DNA of 62,740 nucleotides, counting the filler, from Choristocarpus tenellus KU-1152 (lineage: Eukaryota; Protista; Phaeophyceae): the NCBI GenBank assembly GCA_964200185.2. It is 8 parts of 8 records of this genome, joined end to end, with 100 filler letters (N's around TTAATTAATTAA, not from the genome) between each part and the next. Parts side by side here need not be neighbours in the genome. Positions count along the whole stretch, not along the records: positions 24,577 to 31,238 come from CAXNAD020007621.1; positions 31,339 to 37,549 come from CAXNAD020008675.1; positions 37,650 to 51,171 come from CAXNAD020001463.1; 5 more parts are not named here. One strand, given 5' to 3'. Both the position numbers and the translations under genes were made by a program. Shown here piece after piece: positions 26,686 through 40,700 of the stretch (position 1 is the first letter of the stretch; the number at the start of each line of letters is the position of its first letter). Under the pieces are notes generated by a model. That model saw only the letters and a program-made list of their open reading frames with translations, searched no databases and was not told where the DNA came from.

Positions 26686-26707
26686 GTTAGGGTTAGGGTT
26701 AGGGTTA
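26686..26707. repeat. Interstitial (TTAGGG)3 telomere-like repeat
   Basis: gttagggttagggttagggtta; a shorter tract lies at 9084-9100. Confidence 0.8.
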
Positions 26708-28959
26708 TTTGCATCCGCACACAATCGTGGTGCACGTGATCATTGGTCTTGGGTTATTTATCATCTGTTTCTCATGCAGATTCGAGGTTGTAGAAGGGAT
26801 TGGTCTAGCCGTGGCAGTGAGTTTCACTATTTATGAGTTGTGTCCTGGTGTCCATCTGGGGGAGTTGGTCTGTATGTAGATACCGAGTGGGACTTCCCTC
26901 TTGTTGAAGTAAAGCATGTGAGCCATCAAAAATGGGTGTGACCATCTCAAGCTCAGTCTCCACTCAGCCTTGAGCCCTGCTCCTCAGTGTCCTGAAAGGG
27001 AATACTGTAGTTGAAGGTGTTTCATTGTTGTCTTGCCCCCTGCTGTTTCTAATCTACTCTGTTCTTCTGCGCTCTTATCCTGACACAATGCACATTTGAT
27101 TCTTGTGGCTGCATTGTCGACAGGTGGAAGGGCTGGCAGCGGAGGAGCCAGAGGCTGTCCTGATGGGACTGTGCGAGGTAGTGAAGGGGCTTGACATTGA
27201 TACACGGAAGGCACTGCTAGAACGCCTTTCCTCTGCGGCAAACTTGTAACAGATGTGACGGACCTGTTTCCTACGTGCGGCAGTGGCTAAATCGGTATCT
27301 GCTGCTATGTAGCCAGCTCTGTGGCCGATCGATACCGAGAGTGCTGTGAACGAGATGATTAGAGTGGGGGAACGATAAATATTTTTTTTTATATACTATA
27401 GAGTCTACCGCTCTGGATACTAGACTGTAGCTGCTGTAGCGTATAATAGGAGCATGCCCAAAGAGTTGCGTTGTTCCAGTCGCTTCCCCCTACTTCATTT
27501 TTGTTTTTTTGTCTTGTTTTTTGGTTGAAAGGATGTGTGTCACCATCCATCCGCCCACCCCTCCCATTTCTCTTGTGGGTCAAGTTTGCCTTGTAAGTGT
27601 TGTTGGGAGGGGGGGGGGAGAGGTGGGATATAGGAGGTACCTAGCCATCAGTCTGAGAATGGTCATGGTTATTGTCCACTAAGGTAAGGTGGTGGTGGTA
27701 CTGATATCGTGATGGGTACTCCATTGGCAGTGGGGCCACGCAGCATGCTGGTGGTCGATTGTGTTTTTTGGGGGAGGGGTTTCGATAATTTTGAACAACT
27801 CTCTCTTTCTTGTTTGTTTTTTTGGTGGAGGTGTGACTGAGAGAAGTTTTGGAGAAGGAAAAGCAAGCCGCATGATCAACTCACTGGTGGGGAGTGAAAG
27901 TCACTCCGAGAGTGTGCTTGGGGCATTTTGAATTTTGAATTAGTTTTTTTCAACTTTAATATAAAGGAGATGAAGACATATCAGAAAGGGTATTGGCAAA
28001 GAAAGGATAACTTGCTCCTACAAATTGAATGTACCCACAAGACGGACAAAATGCACTACAGACCTGCGGACTGAGTGCTTGTAAGACATGTGCCACCAGA
28101 AAGTCAGGGGACCCTTGATCTCAGTGGCACCCCTCTCTTGGTTAGTTTGACTCAGAGTGCATGAAGAAAGGGTGTATATTGCAATGTTCTTTGTTTTTGG
28201 ATTGTAAAAGTCAAATGAAAGCCCATTCCTTCGATCTCAGTAGGGCTGGACAAAGAGGGGAGGTGTACATTTTGGACTGTATCCATGTGTGCATCAGCTT
28301 TTGGCTGTTACTGCACGCAAGGTAGCTCTAAAGATCCAAGTAAGGTAGGTAGGCACTTTTTTATACTGTCTTCTACGGTGAGGAGTGGAAGAGAAAGGGA
28401 AAGACGACAAAAACGGCTCAACAGGATGAGAGGAGAGAGGCCTTTACAATGAAGACCTCAGTTGATCAGATGGCACTGCCCCTTCTTCCCCCTTGACTGC
28501 TTCCTTCTGTAGCCTGTTGTCGTTGAAGGCCTCCTCCTTCTCCTCCCCCTCCCCCTCCTGGTTATTCATTTATTATATTATCTTGCTGCCGTTTATTGTT
28601 CCTTCTCCCTTGCAGTCAAGTTAGCCATGGTGACAAGATCATCGTCGGTTACACTTGCTGTCCATCAGATGGTTGATTCTGGCCCCCTTTTTAGAGGAAA
28701 CAATATTATTTAGGTACCAGCCAGCCAGCTACCTGCCCACCCCCAGTCTCACCACACACGGTGGAAAACAACAGCCAACATTAATTCTGCAATACATCAT
28801 ACCCAGTTTGCAAATAGATGTGTTAAGTCTTCTGTTGACTATAACTCTAGAAACTTAGATCCTTTGTGGAATTATATACATTAGAAAGCAGAATTACGCT
28901 GACAGTGATAGTGGTAGTATTAGTTGCTTGGGAGACCATAGTTGCTTTTTTAGGATGGA

Positions 28960-29830
28960 ATGCATCATCAGCTATAAGAGCTTCCTCGTAATGCCACATT
29001 GCCATGAAACTCGTTGTCCCAGCAGTCACATACTTACTTGTACAACCTCTATTGGTTGATGGACCTGGTGTACCAACCTTCGACCTTAACCCCAAACTTC
29101 TAGAGGCCTTCTTGTAGCCACATCTACAAGCTCTTCTCCTGTCCACCTTGCTTCCGTTTTCCGTCCGCAAGCCCTCCAGACATCGGCACCTTGGGACGTC
29201 ACTCATCCCCCATGCGTGCAACTAACCCAGCAAATAAGACTTTCCGCTTGCACACAGTTGGCCCTATACTCTCACACCCAGTCTACACAAGAGCATCTTT
29301 TGTAGGAAAGCATGTGATTGTTGAGTTCCCGTTTCACGAAACTCAATACAGTGTAGAAGAAATTGTTGGTAGTGAGAGTGACGCTGCAGGTAGTGGACCT
29401 GGCGGAGTGGTCATACCATACAACTATATAACATAACTTCAACCGCCTCAGCCTTGATTGAGCATTCGAATCTTAGCATCGAGTATTTCCCATGAGGTCA
29501 TATCATGCATCACTTGGCTATATTTGTGAGAACAACCCCATCCTTTCCGAATCCTCTTGCTAAATCTCGGTGGTGGTAGCAGCTTCGCTACTGACGTTGA
29601 CCCCAAGGTGAACAACCTTTTAATGACTTTTCAGTCTTCCTTGGTTCAATGCCTGGACCTGAATTACATCTGCAGCCTTATACTACGAGGCAAATGACAC
29701 GTGGTCTCTGTCTTTAGCACTGAAAAGTCCAGACCGAATGATCTCGACACCTCCACGATCACCGCCATCGCCCTGGGCAAAAATCCTTGGGTCTTGGAGA
29801 CAATGCCAGCATTGTGAACATAAAGCAAAC
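28960..29830 (-). mobile_element. Heavily decayed RTE-clade LINE fragment
   Basis: AGIVSKTQGFLPRAMAVIVEVSRSFGLDFSVLKTET (region after YADD) near 29700-29812; AGTTSFMAMWHYEE 3' region near 28985-29025. Confidence 0.65.
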
Positions 29831-31238
29831 CCCACAACAACCCCTAGAATGTTTTGGACTCTTGTAGGGTACTATAGTGTGTGTCATATTTACCTCGGAG
29901 CGTTGGGACCGAAAAACACTATGTCCCTGTTCTGGATCCTGGGGAGAAGACAGTCTCTACCTGTAATCAAACTTTGAAACTGAGGATTTGTGTAAGGGAG
30001 TGTGGGAACACTACCTGAGATATATGAACAAAATCTCCTACATATTATGTTATATCACAAAACATGCTTGTGGATGGGCGGACGGACGACGATATTCTGT
30101 ATTTTCAAAAAAAATACCCAACATGCAAAACATGTCTACCATACACAAATCGTAGAAACATCCCACACACATCAACACCAAGTCTAAACGAGAAGCAAGC
30201 TGAACTCTGGGACGGTCTACGAACAGGTAGAGTGCTATACATAATATTAAACCTGTTGGAGGCCTACAATTGTCCAGGTCTCCGCTTCTAGATATACAGA
30301 CACCCTTTCAGTATCACTTCAACTCTTGGACTGATTCCTTACCCATTCTCCATGGGTAGACTACTTGTCGAACCCTCGAGCCGACGACATGTCCTCCGAC
30401 TGGTCACACATGCCTGACGTCGACGTTTTCACGCTGCCCTTGAAGACGATTGTTTGATTGACTAGCCAATATCGACTTTCGACTTTCCTCAACCAGTGGA
30501 ACCTTTCTGTCCTGCCGAGTGGGATGCTGTGTGAACATACACGAAAGTTCAACTGAATTCGTTGGTTGAGTAAGCTTCGCAGGCATGGGCAAACCACTCT
30601 AGTCTTCCATCATATTTTCTTGTCTGATACTCGTTGCCGCGCCGTATATCTGCAGTGAGAATGATGCAAAGGGATTCTCCCGAGTCCGTGATGATGCTGG
30701 AGAGAGTCCAGAATTATGGGAACCAAATTCTAAAGAGAACGGTAGGCGCGGTAGAAGTTGGATGATAGCATCTGATCTTTCTGTGAATGTAGGCGTCTGC
30801 AAACTCAAGCCAATCAATACCCGATTCTTCAATTCTGCCTCTACCCTGCGTTTTGCAGGATTCTCAACTGGTCGCTGACCGGCTTCTCGATATAAAGAAA
30901 ATGGCCAAAATGTCTCGGCTCAAGAGTCAGCCCAAAGCACAGTGAGAAGCATCCTCCTCCAGCGTGGCATTAATTTGCTTGCTGTTAGGGTTGAGAGCTT
31001 TTACCAGTTGCAGTTTTGTGGCATTGACTTGCATCTTCTGCCGAGGAAGGTCTGGAAGGACCGACAACCTATTCTTCTGCTCGAGGGTGCATTTCGCGGA
31101 TTGTTGGGATGGATGGGACGGAGTACGAAAGTTCGAGACAGGAGGAGAGTCTAGGAAGTAGCAGTTGTTCGATTAGACTCTTCCAACTCTATCGGACAGT
31201 TACGGTAATATATGTATGGAGTAATGGAACAATCAATT

Positions 31239-31338
31239 NNNNNNNNNNNNNNNNNNNNNNNNNNNNNNNNNNNNNNNNNNNNTTAATTAATTAANNNNNN
31301 NNNNNNNNNNNNNNNNNNNNNNNNNNNNNNNNNNNNNN
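31239..31338. other. Artificial contig linker
   Basis: 44N-TTAATTAATTAA-44N. Confidence 0.98.
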
Positions 31339-31379
31339 CCCCCACAAACCCCCCCCCCCCCCCCCAGATACTTTGACCT
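31339..31379. mobile_element. MITE B-type terminus at contig start
   Basis: polyC-AGATACTTTGACC. Confidence 0.7.
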
Positions 31380-31978
31380 GAGGGTATGAGGGGTAGATGA
31401 TAATTGGGAGGTTCAGGCGAGAGGGCCAAACAACAGCATAGAGGTGCGATCAGAACAACTGCAAACACTGTTCAAGGAGACTCAGGAAGACGTTGGAAAA
31501 GTGAGGTCTAAGCACAGAGGACTGATCACTGATCAGGGTTCCAAGTTTGGTTATGATTGGAGGGTGCGTGGTGTGTGATGCGGAGAGGAGGGGACAACGT
31601 CAACGAAAACACAGGCTGAGGAATCATTGGGGGAAAAGGTTAGAGGACAGCTCAAGGAATTGGACCAAAATATACTACAGCTCGGGAGGAGAAGGGGGGA
31701 GGGGTTTGGCATTGAGGTTGAAAGGTTCTCCTCAGTTTGGAAGGCATTCTGTTCTGTGCTGGAGGTTACAAGCGATCACACTGGAATATAATTTTAAGCA
31801 GTCAGCTTCTGCAATTGTCGTTGTATCAAGGTGTGAACAAGACAACCGAAGCTGGTAAGAATCCCAATACACTAGAACAGCGGCACACTAATTGCTACAC
31901 ATTTCTGAAGAAAAAAATGGACGATAGTACATGTAAACAATGGTCCAACACGACAAAGCACCACGCTCTAGAACACAC

Positions 31979-34397
31979 CTCCCTGAGCATCTTCATCATC
32001 TCCATCTGATAGTCCTGACCATCCATGTCCTCTGCCACTGGTTGTCCGTCTGGCCCCACACTGGCCTTGGGGAAAGGGAACGAATGCGTAACCTATGCAC
32101 ACAAGATAACGCCACGCCCATATTTACGAAAGGCAAACACAGGATAAAACACACACACACACACAAACAACAGTAGGGGCAGGGGCAAAGCAAGAGTATT
32201 GAATGTTAGGTAGTGCAAGATAAGAGGGGAACTGAACATCTTCAAACATAACATAAAGAAACATAAAAAACGCATGCCACTCCCCCTCATATCCCCTGTT
32301 TTCCACAAAAGAAATATGTATTGCAGTCCATGTATTTTCTCGACATTGCCACCAAGTCTGTACCAGCTAGGGGGAAAAAAAGTGGTTGCGCAGGAGGCAA
32401 GACGGGGAAAGGACAGCACCTTGAATGTTCTTTAAAAAAAAAATAACATCAACTCAATAGGTGGTACGGCGCGTGCATCACAATCCTAATCACTAAGGTA
32501 GTCAAGTACACATTTCCTTCCTCTGCGTCCTATTTTCTTGTCAAGAATATTAGCAATAGTTCAACCATGCAGAAGCAAACACGACGTATACTGTCAACTA
32601 TGTACCTCCAAATAGTACTATCCAGTAACTTTCATATTTGAGTCATTTCACTTGAGTTTGTTGCTGCGCCTGACACAACTATTGACACAGACCAGATCAC
32701 AATTTCCATTCCTAACACCCAGGAAGTGATTACAACCAAACCTTGGTGAAAATCAGTGCTGCAAGAAATGGCAACACCTCATTTCCCAAAGCAAAAAGCT
32801 TAGGTCTTCAAACATGCCTTATCATCCTACCACAATAGTACCCCACCAAGAGATTAGACCCCAAAATCACCTCCCACCTCCCCTTCCAGGCTAGATAGCA
32901 GCAGTTTGGTCGTACCTCTATGAGATAGCAAAAAAATTCCAGAGGACACTACACACAACACTAAAACGCAACAAAGGTTAATGTAAGAGTAACACGGGCG
33001 ATCCAAAGCACAAAATCGACTTCATCTTTTTCACGGGATCAGCCTTTCTGTTACCCCACACCTCACATACACTCGGGAATTTGATGCAGAGGGCTCTATA
33101 AGAAATTATAATCCCTCAAAACACAGCATCACTACAGACACAAATGATCTCACGATCCACATCAATGGTTGACACGCTCCTAGCCTGAAACCATACCTGC
33201 ATCATGTGAGAATCCAGACCTAACCTTGGTCTTATGATAGGATTAGTAAGGTTGTAATGTTGATTTTGCAGAGACATGCTATGAATCTCAGCTGAATCCC
33301 TCAAGACAAGAACAGTGTTGCTGCCCGATTTGTTTTCCGTGTAATAACTACCTTTGAAAAGCCAGAAAGAAAGCACCGCCTCCTACCACAACGAATTAGT
33401 CCCCCCCCATCCCTTCTATTCTTTATTTTGATTCCACCCTGGTAAGAGCCTCATGCGGGCTCCCCTTTTACATCGCGATAGCTCTCCAGTCGGCAATCCA
33501 CTCTTCTCCCGAGCCTAGACAGCCTGCTTGACAACCTGCCCCACCAAGCTTTGACTGTTTCACTGTAAAGGTAGTCTGCGGAAAGTTCCTGCAGGAGTGA
33601 CAACATTCTCTGGATCCCGGATTTCCGAGACCCTTCCTTGACACCAAAACAATGAATACGATGGCGAATATTCCTTACACACCTAATCCCATGTCTACTC
33701 CCGTTCTGGAGGTAAGAGTCGCAGGTTGCCTCTAGTTCTAATATCCTCAGCCATGATTGAGCATCCTACAGCTGGATAAGGAGGGATGAACGATTGCCTG
33801 TGTTATGGTGCTTGCAAGGGGTGATATAGCAGGCACACACTTCGGTACTACGAAGCTGCGACAAACCAGGGGTGTAAGGCTAAAAAATGCAGTCTCCTTC
33901 CTCGACGAAGATAGGGTAGTCTTGTATAGAGTAGCAACAAACATTTTTTTATACGACCAACTAGTCAATGCAAATAGCCTCGGGTTCCTACTGACCTCGA
34001 GAACACCCGTTTGGTCCAATCCTAGCAGTGACCCAGCAACCATCTGGGGGAGGCTCTCCGTGCAATGTTTGATGACCTTAAGCACAGCCTGGTTACGACA
34101 GAGTGAAATCAGTCATAGAGAAAGGACAAGAGTTGATTTTCAAGGAATCACGTCGGGATCAAATTTGTTGACGGAAGCATGAAGTCTATCTGTACATGGA
34201 TGAAGTGCAAGGCATTTAGGGTGCACCATGATCCACCCTTCAACAATAGAACCCCAGATATTGCATTACTTGAGTTTTGCACACATGATTTATCGAGGGT
34301 AACTCACCAACCCATCGATGTGGACTTCTTTAATCAAAGGTGGCTCCTTGAACACTACCCTCTCCACGGCCTCCGTCCCCCATGCCCCAGTCGCCAT
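31979..34397 (-). CDS. eIF3h: Eukaryotic translation initiation factor 3 subunit H (MPN domain), exons 1-3, truncated by contig end
   Basis: Phase-0 GT-AG exons 34397-34308, 34088-33996 and 32092-31979 give MATGAWG...KEVHIDGL|AVLKVIKHCTESLPQMVAGSLLGLDQTGVLE|VTHSFPFP...DYQMEMMKMLRE. Confidence 0.92.
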
Positions 34398-34790
34398 CCT
34401 GTACTACCGACAGATGAGAATTGGTGACTGTTGAACGGCAACAATGTATCCAACAGCTTCAAAACACAGCAACAGGATACAAGAGCCAAATGACCGTCCT
34501 GCTGGCCTTGTCTCTAGGACCCTGCTACAATGGTGTAGACAAACACAGTTTCTCAAGGTCCGCTAACAGGTTGAGTGGTGACCGCTCAAAAACAATTGCC
34601 GTTATAATCACCGGCTATACTTCTACCCTTTCTACCCTTACAATCTGTAATCCTGTTTGTATACCACACTCATCCATAACACACCCACTCAAACTTAAGT
34701 GTTGGCCGAATCATGAGGCGAGAGAGGTCACTATCTTTGACCATCCTCTCTGCCATGGCGCCAGTCGGTCGTTCAGTATGGGGTGCGACC

Positions 34791-35053
34791 ATGGATAGAG
34801 TAGAAACGGCACACTCGACTGCCCCAAACCGCTATCTTCAGACCTTTGTACAGCCTCCAGCTGTCTTGCGCGAGTCCTCAGTACATGCCTCGCGCAGGGG
34901 GGTGGCCCAGCAAGTGCACATGGACTCATCTTCTACATCTGTGGACGTTATGAGCATGGAGGGTGTCAAAGCCGAGAATGACGCTAAAGAGAAGAAGCCT
35001 CGTAAGCCCAACTACAAAATACCTGTAGAGATTCCAGAGGATACCTGGCCAAG
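34791..35053 (+). CDS. Probable first coding exon of an unknown gene divergent from eIF3h
   Basis: ACCATGG start context, open frame ending in basic EKKPRKPNYK...WPR, strong AG|GTAAGT donor; downstream exons not resolved. Confidence 0.5.
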
Positions 35054-37549
35054 GTAAGTTGGGGAGAGATTCAAGACTGCAAATCCTACTGCAGATAGGA
35101 CACTATGGGCTTGGAATTTGAAATGAGCTGTAGTGTGTTTGGGAGGGAGTCAGTGTATGTTTTTCGTATATGTATCCGTATGCACGCGTGACCTAATACT
35201 ATTGCTCAGATGCATCCATAGGTTGTAGATGGGGTATTGGTTCACATTTGCTACCATAGGATTGATCAACACCAAGAATATATCGACATCCCCTGAGCTA
35301 ATTGTGCTCCGACCGGATGGTCACACGGTAGGCAGAGACTGTCGCTGGTGGCAATGGCTCTTTGAACTTGAATACGACCAATGCCAAAGATACTTGAATC
35401 TCTTACGGCTTACGTATGATCTCTCACGTTCATGCCAACAGTTACCCCAACTTCTCGTTCACCGTTAATAACGAGTGCAGCTGTGGGACCAATGCCAGGA
35501 CAGGAACGCTGGTTACACCGCACGGCCCTGTTGAGGTGCGCAAGATACGCAACATCCTCTCGAGATGAGAAAATAGTACTGAACGGCGAAAGGAAACGTA
35601 GTCGATTGTAGGGACTGGGTATCCAGATTTCATTTGCCACTTCCTGGCACCTCCTGCCTCTCTCTTAGACCCTTCTTCCTCCCATACTTGACATGTACCT
35701 GATATGGCACCCAATCCACTCCCTCCCAGGCGGAAGGGCGGCAATCTCGTGTTCTACTATGATGTGCTCGATTATGGTTAGAGTTTGGTTCTGGGCATGG
35801 GCTAAGGTTTTGGCTGCAGTCGAGGAATTTCCCATTGCTCATGAGTGTTACAATGAGCAGCAAGGAATTGGTTACATCTGCGTTGACCGTTTTCTGACTT
35901 GACCCTCTCAATCATCCTTGACTCAATTATGCCGACGCTTCGCCACACCCTTGCTTGTCGTTGTTCAATCACCATTCCCCCTAGTAGAGAAGTTAAACTA
36001 TGCTCTATGGTTCCTGCTCTCTACGAAGGGACGAAATTAAATGCCATAATATTACGTCTTTTCCCCTTCACTCTCTACAATCTGTCCTCCCCTCGCCCCC
36101 CTCCAACAAGAAGCTCTTGCAATCATTGCCCCTCAACCAGTTTGTGTGTTGCCATCCCGCTGCATCTTTATGTTGCAGACCCCAGCATTCATCTTCTGTG
36201 CCACCAAGGCTGCCATGAAATCCATCTCTGTTGAAACGGTAAGGACCCTAAATGTGATGACAAGTCCAATGCCAACCCAACTAGAAATTGTCCACTTTTG
36301 AACATCCAAAAGCTTACAGGCAGGCCCTCCATATTTCACCACTGTACACTAGTAAAACGATGTTGGATGGGCTGTGAAGTGGCGCTGTACCTCAAGCCTA
36401 CCTATCCGAAATGTTCTGTGATACTGGAGCATCACGTACATCTTACTTGATTGAGATTTTTGTAACTGTCATAAGATTGAGTCATATTCTCAACTGATCA
36501 ACAGGGCATGTATGCACATCGTGCAAGAAAACTCCTCATGCCCAGCAGACAACAGCGGGACCGATGATATCCTTGTCCACTGTGCACTCATCTACACCAC
36601 AAACCGTGAGCCCTAACCTCTTGTAGTGCAGTGGTACTGAAGTGTTTTACCAGTAACTGAACCTCACATTGTAGGTAATTCAGCAAAAGTATCTACAAAA
36701 CATTGTCATTTTTGTGGCTTTAAAAAAAAATGACATCATTATTTCGATGATTTTTTCCCACATACCTCTCGGGGTTTATATCAGTGCTTTTCTACACCAT
36801 ACCAGCACTTGACCAACGGAAACCCAGTTCTGGGGAGGGCATATTGGCCCCCCTCCAAAAATTGGCTGAGGATCGCTCATTAGAGCATTTTCTCTTTTTT
36901 ACTTTCCGTGAGTGTTTTGTTGAAGTTAGTTACCGTAAGGAGATATTACGTACTTTGAGCTCTCTACTTTTTGGGGGAGCAAGTATTAGTGACAAGTGAG
37001 TGTGCTTATTGCCTGGCAATGCTATGCTCGGTTGCAATCAACGCCCTACGTAAGTGACGACACAAGCAGTGACTAGGGTGATTAAATGTGCCCTACTTTG
37101 TTTCAGATTATGATAAGAATGGTCTGGGAGTGGTGTGTTCCTGCATCTGGTGTTCCCATGTGGAGGTAGGCTGGACTGCACAATAGTTTTTGCAGAAGTA
37201 AAGCGTCTTCGATAGGTATCTCATCTAGCGGTACGTGGCATGGATGCAATGTCAATGTCACACCGTAGGAAAGGGGGGCAGTGAGCAACCATAAAAGTAT
37301 TTGACCTGTTGGGTACAAGATGCTTTACCATATACAAGGTATTTTGACTGGGGATGGGACGTGTGAAGTTTGTTGCCTTGTCCTCATTACCCTTCGAGGG
37401 GTAGAATGGAGGTGGGTGGGATTTTTTTTTGTGTGTTGCTTGTTTTTACCTTTGAGTTATTCCCTCCCCTTGAGATATGAAGGGTTGATGAGATATTGAA
37501 GGCGTTGATAGATAGCCTGTTGAGGGGGGAGGGGGGGGGGGAGGGGGGG

Positions 37550-37649
37550 NNNNNNNNNNNNNNNNNNNNNNNNNNNNNNNNNNNNNNNNNNNNTTAATTA
37601 ATTAANNNNNNNNNNNNNNNNNNNNNNNNNNNNNNNNNNNNNNNNNNNN
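37550..37649. other. Artificial contig linker
   Basis: 44N-TTAATTAATTAA-44N. Confidence 0.98.
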
Positions 37650-37677
37650 CTCCCCCCCCCCCCAGATACTTTGGGTC
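37650..37677. mobile_element. MITE B terminus at contig start
   Basis: polyC-AGATACTTTGGGTC. Confidence 0.75.
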
Positions 37678-37707
37678 TGATGAGTGCATTGTGGTTTATG
37701 GACTAAC

Positions 37708-40700
37708 CTCAGGACAGCCAGTCTGAGCAGCTTTGCGATATGCAGGCTCAGGGGCACTTGTTGATCCCCAGGCCTTTGTTCGGAAGTAGTAGATAGAAGA
37801 CACCACTCTGGGTGACCAATGAAGATGTCCAAGCGGCAATAGTCAAACTTTAAGCTTCGAATGACTACCTGGTCCACTTAGAAATAACACTTTCGTGGCA
37901 CTTATAAAACCTAGCTTATATGCACCAACTACTTTAGAATATGCTGTAGAGCATACAATACCAAACTCTGTGATCAAGATAAGAGGATTTTGTACATTAT
38001 AATCTGGGTATAACAATCCATGTTGTTTGGAGGAATGTTTTTCTTCTCTTTGGTTCAGTGTTGAGAAGGAATATGCAGCCACCTGCAAATGAACATGCTT
38101 TTCAATGCAACAAATCAAAAGGTTACAGTCTGTACAGAATCTAACAATTGCACAAGAAAGCATACGTGTTATTAGCATTGCTAAAATTTGGACAGCTGCT
38201 CTGGTCTCAATTTGTAGCCTTCCAAAACCTGCAACAAATACTAAGTTCTTCATGGTAAGCATCATTTTCCAAAGCAGACTCTTACCCAAGTGCAATAACA
38301 CCCAAGCCACATAGCAGGCCAATAATCAGAGACCAGTCAGGAGTGAGAGTGATGTAGTCATCGTTCTTGGCAATCCCAAGAGCGATCAGGCTGGATGATG
38401 TCTGGGGAACAAATTGGGCTTCCGTCGTACAGCTGCAAGATTTTTGGGGGTAAGAACTCGGTTGGAGAAATGATGAGAAAGGGACAGTGTTCCTACGTGG
38501 AGGCACTAATTGCATATCATCTTCAACATAAAATAGCATTACCAACTGAAACGAACGCATCATCTTGATGAGTGTGAAACAATGCACCACATGTCCTATT
38601 TCTCCCAAGAAAGCTAAAGAATGGTCAGAAAGAGGCAAGGAATGTGAATGATGACTAGGTGACTTCTTGGGATTGGGATAATTTTCCATTTTGAAAGCAA
38701 ATTCAACACTCATGGTCCCAGTAAAAAACACACTGTACACATGCACTTATTCAAGAGCAATCTGGAGCTGTAATTGAAGTTGCTGGAAGAAAGAGGAATA
38801 AAGGCATTTCACTAATCAAAAATAGTAGGAATCTCAAGTACATCTACATTTCATGACTTATCAACATATCAAAATGAGTCTTGCAGTAGTTTTCCCTGGA
38901 GATTGTTGTAGATTAATTGTTGCAACCACCTATCTTCAAAGGCCACATTCTGGCAACACCAAATTGTTTGAAGGAAACGAGTATGATTATGTAGTGCTAA
39001 ACAAATGAAAATTGTGTGTAAAAGATTGAGTGGTCCACATTGAGAAGAAAATATGCTGTCATGTACCAACCTGACATCATCCTCCATTACAGCAACAACC
39101 ATGGTTGCTGTAACGTCACAGCTTGAGCTGAAGACGTAGGTTCCAGGTTCATCGAACACAAAACCGAAAGAAAAATACGTTGCAGTTGATAACACTTTCT
39201 CTGCCACAGACCGGAACTCCCCATAGTCGAACCTGTTGCCATCATATAGGAAAGAAATTTGATTGCAAATATAGTTCACACGTCAAAGTGGCGCATGCAT
39301 AGACACTCGTGGTATTCTTCCTCCATCTACCCCAACTGCTTAGTACACCCTTCTGCTAACTGGATTATCATACTCCAAAGTGCGTCCCCCCTTCATCAAT
39401 CTCTCTTACCCGTTGTTGGTGTTCAGCATTGAGTTCTTGTCATACACAGGGTAGCACTGACTGGATATGTCAAAGAGGATGGAGTCTCCCCTCCCAATAC
39501 ACGCAAGTGGGTTCAATATAGTTGGCTCCACGCCTTCAATATCAAGACGACGAGGCCCACTGGAGTCTAGTTGACTATCTGACTGCATCGATTTGATTTC
39601 CCTGCGACCAACTGTTTTTAAACGTCGATATTCCCTTGGATTGTGCTTCTCAATCCTAAGTTAACCATAAACCACATTTTCAATCACACAGGTAACATCG
39701 GCAACAGGCCGTGGTGTCAGTCAAGAAGCAATGTTATTAAGTGGAGTCAGGACTGTATTGGAATAGCTTCAATGAATGCAAGTAGTCCTGGGAATCAATA
39801 TTAGTGTGGGATCAGGTTAGGGTGAGGGTATTTGACTCATATTATCCAACTGGGGGAGACAGGCGTCCATTCGGGGCAAATTGTGACCCAGTAGTGATTA
39901 TTGAAATGAAATGATCCACTTCAAATAGGGTGCATTCAGCACAAGGGAAACTTTTGAGTGAGTCTAGTCATTGTGAGTCAGATTCTCAGGGTCCAGTGGC
40001 GAGCATATTCAGAATTTTGCTGACCTCTTCCTGATGAAGCGGTTGACAGTTGAACTGTCAAGATTATCAGGAATTCCCCAATTGCCCCACTCTAATGGCG
40101 ATGCTTCTGAAAGACGTCTATCTGCACTAGATGCAGAATTGATTATATCACCAGTACCGTATAGGCCACTGAAGTTGGTGGCTACTGCAACAGGATAGAG
40201 GCTGCAGCCTTCATCCTTGGAACAGTATAGATCTCCACTGAAGCTTTGTAGATCGTCAGATGATATATACTCTGAGAAATTATATTGAAGGAGAGGGCAC
40301 AAGATGCAATGTGGTCCAAGGAGTCGAATCACTTTGAGGTATTGGATATTGTTACTAACCAGCTAATGGTGCATCATAGGTGTGGTAACGAGATGTCAGG
40401 CACTGGTTATGTACATCCATTTGAGTGTCTATTGAGGTAGAGCAATGGTCGAAAAATTCTTGCAGAAGGACATGCAGTGTCCTACAAAATTGGAACTAAG
40501 CACTTTGACACATTGCAGTCTTCGCCAAAAGGATGTAATTGCCAAAATATTTTAAAAAAAATCGATTTGAGATCATACTCCGCATAATGTGGATTGTAAA
40601 TGATTGGATGCAGACTTTTCTTAGTATTATGTATTGGGTTCTCTTGTAGGGAAAATAATCATAAGAACAAGATGGCTTTAAAGGAGTTACTATTGTGGGG

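Noticed and set aside
30340-31150. Possible minus-strand coding region
   Set aside because: Frames are interrupted by stops and show no recognisable motif.
31109-31468. ORFs ending in ...XXXLIN
   Set aside because: Artefacts of translating the N-TTAATTAATTAA-N linker.
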